Shown here piece after piece: positions 15,827 to 24,526 of a stretch of 64,000 bases of DNA. The notes under the pieces are model-generated. The model was not told the DNA's origin, did no database searches, and worked only from the letters and a program-made list of their open reading frames with translations. The position numbers were made by a program, and so were the translations under genes. The DNA is from an uncultured Thermoleophilia bacterium (lineage in GTDB: Bacteria > Actinomycetota > Thermoleophilia > Gaiellales > Gaiellaceae), in contig CAWAYE010000004.1 of assembly GCA_963786185.1 (NCBI GenBank), positions 44,105-108,104 on the forward strand. Direction: 5' to 3'. Positions within the stretch are counted from its first letter, which is position 1; every line of letters starts with the position of its first letter.

Positions 15827-18800
15827 GTGACCGACGCGACCCAGGCGGTGCTCTTCAACGCCGTCCCCCTGATCGTGCTCGCGGCCGCGTACGCCGCCGT
15901 GGCAGGCGCCGCCCTGCCGGCGCTCTGGCGCCTCCGCGGCCGGGCGCAGCTGGTCGACTGGGGCGTCGCGCTCGTCTTCCCCGCGGTGTCGGGCACCGCC
16001 GCGATCTTCGGGGTCCTCGTCGTCCGCGAGGAGCGGGCTGTCGGCGGCCACGTCTGGCTCTCCCTCGTCGCGATCCTGCTCGCGCTCGTGCCCGCCGTCC
16101 TGCTGCTCGCGCGCTGGCGCGAGCGCGGCACGGTCGCCGGCGGGCTGGGGCGCACGCTCGCCGCCGAGGCGCGCGTCTCGATGCGCGACCGCGAGCTCGA
16201 GGCCGTGACGGCGATCTCCGAACAGCTCGTACGAGCGGGCGACGAGATCGACGTGGCGCGCCCGCTCGTCCGCCAGGTCGCCGACCTGCTCGACGTCGGC
16301 TTCGTCGCCGTCACGCTGGTCGACGAAGGCGGCGCGAGCGCGACGGGGCTCTACGCCGAGCTCGAGGGACGCGCGGCCGACTGGTGGCCGGCCGTCGGCA
16401 TCGACCTGCGACAGGAGCCGTCCGGCGTCGCGAACGCCGTCTCGGATGCGGCGCCCGTGAACGTCTACGACGTCCCGCGGTCTCCGCTCGTCAGCCGCCG
16501 GCTCGCGTCGCGCGTCGCCGCGAAGAGCGCGGTGTTCGTGCCGATGCTCGCCGAGTCGCGCGTGATCGGCGTGCTGACCGCCGCCTCGACCGGCGAGCGG
16601 CGCGCGTTCACCGCCGACGAGCTCGCGCTGCTCCAGGCGGTCGCCGGCGAGGCCGCGCTGGGGCTCGCACGCCTGCGCTCCGCGTCGGCGCTCGCGGTGG
16701 CGCTCGAACAGCAGCAGGCGCTGCTGCACGCGGCGCAGGTGGTGGCGGGCGAGCTCGAGCTCGACTCCGTGCTGCGCCTGCTCGTCGAGGAGGTGACGAC
16801 GCTCCTCCGCGCCGACGCCGCCGACTGCTATCTCGAGGACGAAGAACGGGGGGTGCTCCGCTGCGCGGCCGTCCACGGCTTTGACCCGAGCCTGGTCGGC
16901 TTCGAGTTCGTGCCCGAGCCCGGCGGCACGGGCGCGATCCCGCATCCGGCGTACGACGGGTTCTCGCGCGCGCTCGTCGCACCGATGGTCTGGGCGGGCG
17001 AGACGCTCGGCGTGCTCGGGGTCGGCCTGCGCGACGGCGAACGCCGTTTCGGCGACGACGATGCGGAGCTGCTCGAGACGTTCGCCTCGCTGGCGGCGCT
17101 CAGCATCCGCAACGCCGAGAGCTTCGCCGCCAGCCTCCGGCAGACCCGGATCCAGCGCGGCTTCTACCGGATCGCCTCCCTGCTCGGCGAGCCGCTCTCG
17201 CTCTCGGAGTCCTACGACGCCGCCGCCCAGGCGGCGGCAGAGGCGCTCGGCGGCGACTTCGCCGCAGTGCTCGCCCGGCGGGGGTCGCGGCTTGCGGTCG
17301 CGGGCGGCTTCGAAGTCCCGCCGGAGGTGCGCGAGCTGGAGGTGCCGCCGGCGCTCGAGGAGGCTGCGTCGGCGGGCCACGTCCTCGCCGCCGCCTCGGT
17401 GCGCGGCGACGAGCGGTTCGGGCCCGCCTGGCAGCGTTCGCCGGTCGAGTCGCTGCTCGCCATTCCCGTCGCCGCGGAGGCAGGCGGCCTGGTGCTCGTC
17501 TGCTTCCGCGAGCCTCGCGACTTCACCCGCGACGACCTCGAGCTCGCCCAGCAAGTTGCGGCGGCCGCGCACGGCGCGCTCGAGCGAAGCCGGCTGTTCG
17601 AGGCCGAACGCGCCGCGCGGTCGCTGTCGCAGCAGCTCGCCCGCGCCGGCGGCGCGCTCGCGACCGAGCTCGACCCAGCCGCGGTGCTCGACGCGACCGC
17701 GCGCGAGGCGGCGAGCCTGCTCGGTGCGGAGGCGGCGCTCGTCTCGATGCTCGTGCGCGACGAGTTCGTCGTCGTCGCCGAGGCCGGGCGTCTCGCCGGC
17801 AAGGCGGCCGGCAGCCGCTCGCCGTCGACCGACGGCGTCGCCGCCGACGTCCTCTCCGCGCGCGCTGCCGTCGTGATCGAGGACGTGACGCTCGACGAGG
17901 GCCACGCGCTCGCCGACCCGTTACTCGCGGCCGGGCTCGTCGCCTACCTCGGCGTGCTGCTGGTCGGGCCGGACGACGAGGCGCGCGGTGTGCTGTCGGT
18001 CTACGCACCCGAAGCGCGCGCGTGGCGGCCCGAGGAGGTCGAAGCGCTGACGACGCTCGCCGCGAACGCCGGTGTGGCGCTCGTCAACGCCGAGCAGTAC
18101 CGCCAGGTCGCCGTCGAGCGAGAGCAGAGCGTGGCGATCCTCGCCAACATCGCGGACGGGATCGTCGTCGTCGACCGGGACGGGGCAGTCGTCCTCTGGA
18201 ACCGCGCCGCCGAGCTGATCACGGGCGTGCCCGCGTCCGAGGCGATCGGCCGGACGCCGCTCGAGGTCCTGCAACGCGACCTCGAGTCCGACCGAGGCGC
18301 TGCGACGCGGCTCGTCTCGATCACGCGCTCGGGAGCCGAGGTCTGGCTGGCCTTGTCGGAGGCGGTGATGCGCGATCCCTCGGACACCGTCGCCGGCCGG
18401 ATCTTCGCCTTCCGCGACATCTCGGCCGAGTACGCGGTCGAGCAGATGAAGTCGGACTTCGTGTCGAGCGTGTCGCTCGAGCTACGGGCGCCGCTCACCT
18501 CGATCTACGGATTCGCCCAGACGCTTCTCCGCGACGACGTCACGTTCCGCGAAGACGAGCGCCGGACGTTCCTCGACTTCATCGCCCGTGAGGCGGAACG
18601 CCTCACCGAGACCGTCGACGCGCTGCTCAACGTCGCCCGGCTGGAAACCGGGGACCTCGCGGTCTCGCTGGAGCCGACCGACGTCGCCGCGGTCGTCGGC
18701 GAGCTCGTCGCGGCCGCCGCAGACGTCGGGGGTGCGAACGGACACCGGATCGTCGCCGACGTGGAAGCGGACATGCCGCCCGCCCGCGCCGACCCGGTCA

Positions 18801-19123
18801 AGCTGCGCGACGTGCTGGAGCAGCTCGTCTCGAACGCCGTGAAGTTCTCGCCGGACGGCGGCACGGTCACCGTGTCCGCGCGCGGTTCTGCCGACGCGGT
18901 CGAGCTCGCGGTGACGGACGAGGGGGTCGGTATCGCCGTCTCGGAGCAGGAGCGGATCTTCGAGAAGTTCGCCAAGGCGGGATCCGGCCACGGCCGGGGA
19001 ACCGGCGTCGGGCTGTTCATCGCGCAGGGTCTCGTGCGCGAGATGGGCGGCCGCATCCACGTTCACTCGTCCGAGGGAATCGGATCGCGTTTCGCGTTCG
19101 AGCTGCCCGTGGTGAGGGAATAG
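15827..19123 (+). CDS. Membrane-anchored multi-GAF/PAS sensor histidine kinase-like protein (H-box His replaced by Leu)
   Basis: This is the C-terminal two thirds of ORF 14216..19123. The start is GTG 15827 (ATG 15704 is an alternative). It has N-terminal TM helices, several GAF-like segments, a PAS segment (ILANIADGIVVVDRDG), a DHp helix SDFVSSVSLELRAPL, and HATPase N, G1 and G2 boxes. Confidence 0.85.
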   Translation: MTDATQAVLFNAVPLIVLAAAYAAVAGAALPALWRLRGRAQLVDWGVALVFPAVSGTAAIFGVLVVREERAVGGHVWLSLVAILLALVPAVLLLARWRERGTVAGGLGRTLAAEARVSMRDRELEAVTAISEQLVRAGDEIDVARPLVRQVADLLDVGFVAVTLVDEGGASATGLYAELEGRAADWWPAVGIDLRQEPSGVANAVSDAAPVNVYDVPRSPLVSRRLASRVAAKSAVFVPMLAESRVIGVLTAASTGERRAFTADELALLQAVAGEAALGLARLRSASALAVALEQQQALLHAAQVVAGELELDSVLRLLVEEVTTLLRADAADCYLEDEERGVLRCAAVHGFDPSLVGFEFVPEPGGTGAIPHPAYDGFSRALVAPMVWAGETLGVLGVGLRDGERRFGDDDAELLETFASLAALSIRNAESFAASLRQTRIQRGFYRIASLLGEPLSLSESYDAAAQAAAEALGGDFAAVLARRGSRLAVAGGFEVPPEVRELEVPPALEEAASAGHVLAAASVRGDERFGPAWQRSPVESLLAIPVAAEAGGLVLVCFREPRDFTRDDLELAQQVAAAAHGALERSRLFEAERAARSLSQQLARAGGALATELDPAAVLDATAREAASLLGAEAALVSMLVRDEFVVVAEAGRLAGKAAGSRSPSTDGVAADVLSARAAVVIEDVTLDEGHALADPLLAAGLVAYLGVLLVGPDDEARGVLSVYAPEARAWRPEEVEALTTLAANAGVALVNAEQYRQVAVEREQSVAILANIADGIVVVDRDGAVVLWNRAAELITGVPASEAIGRTPLEVLQRDLESDRGAATRLVSITRSGAEVWLALSEAVMRDPSDTVAGRIFAFRDISAEYAVEQMKSDFVSSVSLELRAPLTSIYGFAQTLLRDDVTFREDERRTFLDFIAREAERLTETVDALLNVARLETGDLAVSLEPTDVAAVVGELVAAAADVGGANGHRIVADVEADMPPARADPVKLRDVLEQLVSNAVKFSPDGGTVTVSARGSADAVELAVTDEGVGIAVSEQERIFEKFAKAGSGHGRGTGVGLFIAQGLVREMGGRIHVHSSEGIGSRFAFELPVVRE

Positions 19124-19131
19124 GCGAGCCG

Positions 19132-19572
19132 ATGGCGACACGCGTGCTGGTGATCGACGACGAAGCACCGATCCGGCTGCTCTGCCGGGTCAACCTCGAA
19201 GCTGCCGGCATGCAGGTGATCGAGGCCGCCGACGGGGTCACCGGCATCGAGCAGGCGCAGAACGCAGAGCCCGACGTGATTTTGCTCGACGTGATGATGC
19301 CGGGCCTCGACGGCTGGCACGTCGCCGAGGCGCTCCTCGACGATCCCGGCACCGACGAGATCCCGATCGTCTTCCTGACCGCGCGTGCCGAGCTGCGCGA
19401 CCGGGCGCGCGGCATCAACCTGGGCGGAGTCGACTACGTGACGAAGCCGTTCAACCCGATCGAGCTCGCGCCGCTCGTCCGCGACCTGGTCGAGCGCGTG
19501 CAGCAAGGGCAGCGCGACGACCTGCGCCGCGAGAAGCTCAGCGAGCTGCGGGCCTTGCTCGCCCGGCTCTGA
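19132..19572 (+). CDS. Single-domain response regulator (CheY-like receiver)
   Basis: 146 aa. VLVIDDE, ILLDVMMPGLDG and YVTKPF motifs are present. Confidence 0.92.
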   Translation: MATRVLVIDDEAPIRLLCRVNLEAAGMQVIEAADGVTGIEQAQNAEPDVILLDVMMPGLDGWHVAEALLDDPGTDEIPIVFLTARAELRDRARGINLGGVDYVTKPFNPIELAPLVRDLVERVQQGQRDDLRREKLSELRALLARL

Positions 19573-19585
19573 CCGATTCGACGGT

Positions 19586-20281
19586 TCAGCGAGTCTCGGA
19601 GAACGCCGCGCGGTTTGCGGCGAGCCACGCTCGCTCGAACGGCAGCTTCGCGAGCTGCCGCTGCCACCCGTTCCGGCGGCAGCGCTCCTCCGCGCGGTCG
19701 TACTCGCGCTCGAGGATCGCGGCCACGTCGTACTCACGGCCGTAGGTCTGGAGGGCGACGGTCGTTCGCGTGACCAGCTCGCCGGGCTCCGCGAGCGCGA
19801 TGCCGTAGCCGACGAACATCCGCAGCGCGTACGCGACGTCGTCGGCCGCGTCGCCGGCGTAGATGTTGTCGAAGTCGATCAGCCCGACCGGCAGACCGTC
19901 CCGCCAGACGAGGTTCCACGGGCCGTAGTCACCGTGGCAGACGACGGTGCCCTCGAAGGTGTCGTGGTAGCGGCGCAACAGGCGCATCGCGAGTGCGACT
20001 TGCTCGTTGGAGAACGTCACACGTTCGCCTCGGTCGTCGAGATACGGGTGCAGCCGGCCGCGGTCGACGAAGGTCTCGCCGTCGATCCAGGAGACGACGT
20101 CGCGGCCCTGGTCGTCGACGCCGAGCCAGCGCGGCGCAGCGTCGAAGCCGGCGCGCTCCAGGTGGCGGAGGACGTCGCGCATGCGCTCCGACGTGGGCCC
20201 CGCCGGCCGGCGCACGGTGTCGCCGACCCGCACGACGCCCGCCGTCAAGGCACCGCCGGCGAGCGGGATCTCCTCGCTCAA
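19586..20281 (-). CDS. Phosphotransferase enzyme family protein (APH/choline kinase-like)
   Basis: 231 aa with HGDYGPWN (Brenner motif) and IDFD. The TTG start abuts the tRNA-Gly 3' end, so the start is uncertain. Confidence 0.8.
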   Translation of the reverse strand: MSEEIPLAGGALTAGVVRVGDTVRRPAGPTSERMRDVLRHLERAGFDAAPRWLGVDDQGRDVVSWIDGETFVDRGRLHPYLDDRGERVTFSNEQVALAMRLLRRYHDTFEGTVVCHGDYGPWNLVWRDGLPVGLIDFDNIYAGDAADDVAYALRMFVGYGIALAEPGELVTRTTVALQTYGREYDVAAILEREYDRAEERCRRNGWQRQLAKLPFERAWLAANRAAFSETR

Positions 20282-20282
20282 G

Positions 20283-20354
<72 letters not shown>

Positions 20355-20381
20355 CGCGCCTCAGGGTACCGCCGCAGGCGC

Positions 20382-20867
20382 TCAGCGTACGGACGGCAGG
20401 AGTTGCGAGTCGTGGTGCGTCCGCAGCACCGTCACCTCCCGGGTGAAGGCGAAGAACTCGACGCGCGCGCCTGCCGCGACGCCCCTGATCACGACGACGA
20501 GCCGACCGGTTCGCTGTTCGTACGCGCCGTCGCCGCGGACGCGCGTGCCCGAGTAGCGGAACGTCCAGCGATCGCCCGCGTGGGTCGGCTTCGGCCGGAC
20601 GACGGCGTCCCGGCGCGTCCAGAGCGCGGCCGAAGCCCGGACGACGCCCTCGAGCGCGCCGTCCTCCGGGTTCGCGAGCAGCGTCAGCGCCGTCGGCGCG
20701 TCGCCGTGCAGCACCGCCCGTGCGAACCGACCGGCGACCGCCCGCTCGGCGGCGGGCGTCGGCTTCGGCGGCGCGGCCCGGTGCCCGCCGCAGCCCGCCG
20801 CAGCAGCCGCGAGGCAGCAGATCGCGAGCGCGCTCCTTCTAGTGTGCGCCCCGTGCTGCTCGCGCAC
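20382..20867 (-). CDS. Lipoprotein, unknown function
   Basis: This is the high-GC3 tail of ORF 20382..21473. GTG 20867 is preceded by GGGAGAG. The protein starts VREQHGAHTRRSALAICCLAAAAAGC, which includes a lipobox. Confidence 0.6.
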   Translation of the reverse strand: MREQHGAHTRRSALAICCLAAAAAGCGGHRAAPPKPTPAAERAVAGRFARAVLHGDAPTALTLLANPEDGALEGVVRASAALWTRRDAVVRPKPTHAGDRWTFRYSGTRVRGDGAYEQRTGRLVVVIRGVAAGARVEFFAFTREVTVLRTHHDSQLLPSVR

Positions 20868-21611
20868 GTGCACTCTCCCTACGCCTGGCAGGCGGACGTC
20901 GACACGACGGTCGTCATCCCGGTGCTCTCGCTGCTCTATCTGTTCGCCGTCGGCCGTGTCGGCGCTCCCCGCTGGCGCGTTGCCTGCTACGCCGGGGCGA
21001 TGGCGCTGCTCGCAGTTGCGTTCTGGACGCCGCTCCACCATCTCGGGCTGCACTATCTCTTGACCGCGCACCTGCTTCAGAACGTGATCCTCGCGGAATG
21101 GGCGCCGCTGCTCGCGGTGCTCGGGATCTCGGGGCCGATGGCGGCGGCAGTCGCGCGGTTCCGGCCCTGGCGGTGGGCGACGCATCCGGCGGTGGCGCTG
21201 CCGCTCTGGCTCGGCAATTACTTCGCCTGGCACGTCCCGGTCGTGTACCAGGCGGCGCTCCATCACCAGGCGTGGCTGATCCACGTCGAGCACGCGTGCT
21301 ACTTCGCGACCGGCGTCCTCTTCTGGTGGCCCCTGTTCCAGGACGCACCGCGCCTGCTCGCCTCGGGCTTCCGCGCCGGCTACGCCTTCGCGGCGTTCGT
21401 GTTCGCCGCGCCGCTCGGCCTGCTGCTCGCCCTGCTGCCGAAGCCCGCCTATCCCTTCTACGTCGCTGCGCACCCGCGCGTGCTCGGTCTCAGCCCGCTC
21501 GCCGACCAGCAGATCGCGGGCGTGACGATGGCGAGCGAGCAGGCGCTCGTGCTGTTCGCGGTCGTCGCCTACTGGTTCCGGCGGTTCCTCTACGAAGAGG
21601 GCGCTATTTGA
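20844..21611 (+). CDS. Cytochrome c oxidase assembly factor CtaG-like membrane protein
   Basis: This is the tail of ORF 20403..21611. It is a polytopic membrane protein with His-rich helices (WTPLHHLGLHYLLTAHLLQN..). The start could be GTG 20844, 20853 or 20868. Confidence 0.65.
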   Translation: MRPVLLAHVHSPYAWQADVDTTVVIPVLSLLYLFAVGRVGAPRWRVACYAGAMALLAVAFWTPLHHLGLHYLLTAHLLQNVILAEWAPLLAVLGISGPMAAAVARFRPWRWATHPAVALPLWLGNYFAWHVPVVYQAALHHQAWLIHVEHACYFATGVLFWWPLFQDAPRLLASGFRAGYAFAAFVFAAPLGLLLALLPKPAYPFYVAAHPRVLGLSPLADQQIAGVTMASEQALVLFAVVAYWFRRFLYEEGAI

Positions 21612-21981
21612 GGCAGTCGGTGACGAGCGCCAGATCCTGGTCGCTCGGGTGGGCGCGCCACAGCATCACCGCGTTTCCCTGGCGGCGGAGGACGTCGTCG
21701 ATCCCGACGTTGCTCGCGTGAAAGCGCCGGTAGGCGGCGTCGATGTTGTCCGAGTCGCCGGTCGTCTGGCCGAACACCACCGTTACGCCGTTGTCGCGGA
21801 GCTGGGCGCGCACGGCGCCGCCGGTCGCCGTCGTCGCGACGAAGTCGAGCTGGCCGCCGAGGATGACGCCGTTGTCCCGCAGGCAGGTCGACGTCTTCGC
21901 CAGCGTGTAGGTCGGCGTGCTCTTGCCGCAGCCGGCGAGCACGGCCGCAGCGGCAAGCGTGGCGATGGCGAATCGTCCCAC
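21604..21981 (-). CDS. Lipoprotein, unknown function
   Basis: 125 aa starting MGRFAIATLAAAAVLAGC, which includes a lipobox. Confidence 0.7.
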   Translation of the reverse strand: MGRFAIATLAAAAVLAGCGKSTPTYTLAKTSTCLRDNGVILGGQLDFVATTATGGAVRAQLRDNGVTVVFGQTTGDSDNIDAAYRRFHASNVGIDDVLRRQGNAVMLWRAHPSDQDLALVTDCLK

Positions 21982-22035
21982 GGCGCGTCAGTCTAGGGCG
22001 AGCGACTCTTCGCGGCCTGGCTACTGTGTGCGGCC

Positions 22036-23251
22036 GTGCCGGAGCCCACAGACAGGGTCGACGCCCTCGGCCGCCTCGCCGTCCAGGTCGGGCTCAACCT
22101 CCAGCAGGGCCAGACGCTCGGCATCAACGCCCTGCTCGAGCACGCGCCGCTCGTGCGCGCGGTCGCGCGCGAGGCCTATGCCGCCGGCGCCCGGTACGTC
22201 GACGTCTTCTACACCGACCAGCACGTCCGGCGGGCGCACGTCGAGTACGCCGCGGAAGACGACCTGGGCTTCTCGCCGCCCTGGCTCGTCCAGCGGACGC
22301 GGTGGCTCGGCGAGAACGGCGGCGCGATCATGGCGATCTCGGGCAACCCCGAGCCGGAGCTCTTCGCCGACCTCGACGGCAGCCGTGTCGGCAAGGCGCG
22401 CATGCGTGAGCTGGCCGAGGAGTCGCTGAAGCTCACGGACGGGCTCTGCAACTGGACGATCGTCGCCTACCCGAACGAGGGCTGGGCCCAGACCGTCTTC
22501 GGCGAGCCCGACGTCGAGCGCCTCTGGCAGGCGGTGGAGACGGCGGTGCGGCTCGACGAGCCCGATCCGGTCGCCGCCTGGCGCGAGCACATCGCCAAGC
22601 TGCAGCGCCGCGCCGACCTGGCCAACGAGCGACGGTTCGACCACCTGCGCTATCGCGGCCCCGGCACCGACCTGACGATCGGACTGCATCCCGAGTCGAC
22701 GTGGAAGGCCGCACTCGACGTCTCGCGCGGGATCGAGCACGTCGCGAACATGCCGACCGAAGAGATCTTCACGACCCCCGACGCACGGCGGACCGAGGGC
22801 GTCGTCCGCTCGACGTTGCCGCTCCAGATCCAGGGCACGATCGTGCGCGACCTCGACGGTCCGGTTCGAGGGAGGTCGGGCAGTCGACGTCCGTGCCTCG
22901 TCCGGCGAGGACGTGATGCAGACGCACGTCGCGACCGACGACGGTGCTGCCCGCCTCGGCGAGGTCGCCCTCGTCGACGCCGACTCCCGTGTCGGCAAGA
23001 CCGGCCTCGTCTTCTACGACACCCTGTTCGACGAGAACGCCTCGTCGCACATCGCGCTCGGCGCGTCGATCGTCGATGCCGTCGCCTGGGCACGCGACCT
23101 CTCGGCGGAGGAGCGAAGCGCCCGCGGCGTCAACCACTCCTCGATCCACACGGACTTCATGATCGGCTCGACGGAGCTCGAGATCGACGGTGTCGCCGCG
23201 AACGGCGACGTCGTCCCGCTGCTCCGAAACGGCGACTGGCAGCTGGCGTAG
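22036..23251 (+). pseudogene. M29 family aminopeptidase (AmpS/PepS-like), disrupted by a 1-nt insertion near 22858
   Basis: ORF 22036.. is M29-like up to ..GTIVRDLD and then becomes Arg-rich nonsense. The frame of ORF 22913..23251 reads VRFEGGRAVDVRASSGEDVMQTHVATDDGAARLGEVALV..FYDTLFDENASSHIALG from 22859. The two halves join if g22858 is dropped. Confidence 0.85.
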
Positions 23252-23303
23252 GCCGAGTCCGCGGGCGTCCGCCGGCGGTCGCGGCGCCTACACTCCGCTG
23301 CAG

Positions 23304-23377
23304 CGGGACGTAGCTCAGCCTGGTAGAGCGCCGCCTTTGGGAGGCGGAAGCCGTCGGTTCGAATCCGACCGTCCCGA
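23304..23377 (+). tRNA. tRNA-Pro (anticodon UGG)
   Basis: Acceptor CGGGACG/CGTCCCG, anticodon loop TTTGGGA, T-loop TTCGAAT. Confidence 0.9.
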
Positions 23378-24508
23378 CTCGCCGGCCGCGTCGAGCGGGT
23401 CGAGCTCGGCCGCGGCCAGCTCGTAGCCGCGGCGGATCAGCAGGCGCTTGTCCTCGGTCGTCCAGCGCGGGCTCGAGCGGAACCCCGGGTCGAAACCCAC
23501 GCCCTCGACGCTGCCGCGCACGGTGATCCGCGGCACGATCCGGTCGCCGCGGAACGGGAAGCTGGCCCTCGCGAACCGTCGCTCGATCGCCTCGCGGAGC
23601 ACCTCGTCGTCGCCGGCGAGCGCCGTCACGTCCTCGCGCAGCGCGCGAAGCTCGCGCAGCGATTCGTCCCGCTGCTCGGCGCCGCGCTCTTCGAGCTCGG
23701 TGTTGCGGACGATCGCGACCCGGGCCAGCCGCACGATCATGTCCGCGAGGTGCGCCGGCTCGCCGCGCTGCGCGCGCGCCTCCGCCTCCTCCAGCTCGGC
23801 GACGAATGCGCGAACCGGCGGGATCCGGCCGAAGCGGCGCAGCCGGCGCTTGAGCTGCTCGAGCGCGGCAACGCCCATCCGCGGGTACTGCGGCAGGTAG
23901 CGGAAGGCGACGATCAGCTCGACCTCGGAGCGGTCGTACGCGTGCCCCAGCGGGAAGTTCCGCACCCACGAGCCGTCCGTCGCGATGCGGTCTCCGACGC
24001 GGAGCGGCAGGACGAGCGCAGGCACCGCGGCCGAGGCGAGCACGGCGCGCGCGAGCAGGTCGGGCGGCGTGGACCGTGCCGCGTAGACGAGCTCGTAGCC
24101 GGACTCGAGCCGCTCGTGGTCGTCGGTGAGGTCGGTCGCCAGCACGACCAGCTCGACCGGCGCGCGCTGCAGGGCGGTGGCGACGTCGTGCAGGTCGCCG
24201 AACCAGGCCTCGACCGTCTGCGGCAGCGCGTACTCGTGCAGGCCGAGGAACGGCAGGCGCCACAGCCGGTGGGGCCGGAAGGTCTGGTCCGGCTGCAGCG
24301 CGAGCATGAACGCCTCGAGCTCGTCGAGCCGGTCGAGGGCGGCCATCGCGCCCGAGAGGGCGCCGGACGACGTCCCGAAGATCACCGACACCCGCGGCCA
24401 GAGCACGCTCTCGCGCAGGCGCTCGAGGAATCCGAGCTCCATCAGCACCCCGTTGATGCCGCCGCCCGACAGGACGACGCCCACGTCTCGCTGCTGCTCC
24501 ACCAGCAC
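23315..24508 (-). CDS. Patatin-like phospholipase
   Basis: This is the tail of ORF 23315..25318 from GTG 24508. It has GGGINGV (oxyanion), GTSSGA (GxSxG) and ATDGS (catalytic Asp). The last approximately 21 codons run antisense through tRNA-Pro. Confidence 0.85.
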   Translation of the reverse strand: MLVEQQRDVGVVLSGGGINGVLMELGFLERLRESVLWPRVSVIFGTSSGALSGAMAALDRLDELEAFMLALQPDQTFRPHRLWRLPFLGLHEYALPQTVEAWFGDLHDVATALQRAPVELVVLATDLTDDHERLESGYELVYAARSTPPDLLARAVLASAAVPALVLPLRVGDRIATDGSWVRNFPLGHAYDRSEVELIVAFRYLPQYPRMGVAALEQLKRRLRRFGRIPPVRAFVAELEEAEARAQRGEPAHLADMIVRLARVAIVRNTELEERGAEQRDESLRELRALREDVTALAGDDEVLREAIERRFARASFPFRGDRIVPRITVRGSVEGVGFDPGFRSSPRWTTEDKRLLIRRGYELAAAELDPLDAAGESGRSDSNRRLPPPKGGALPG

Positions 24509-24526
24509 AGGGTAGGTTCGGCGGCC

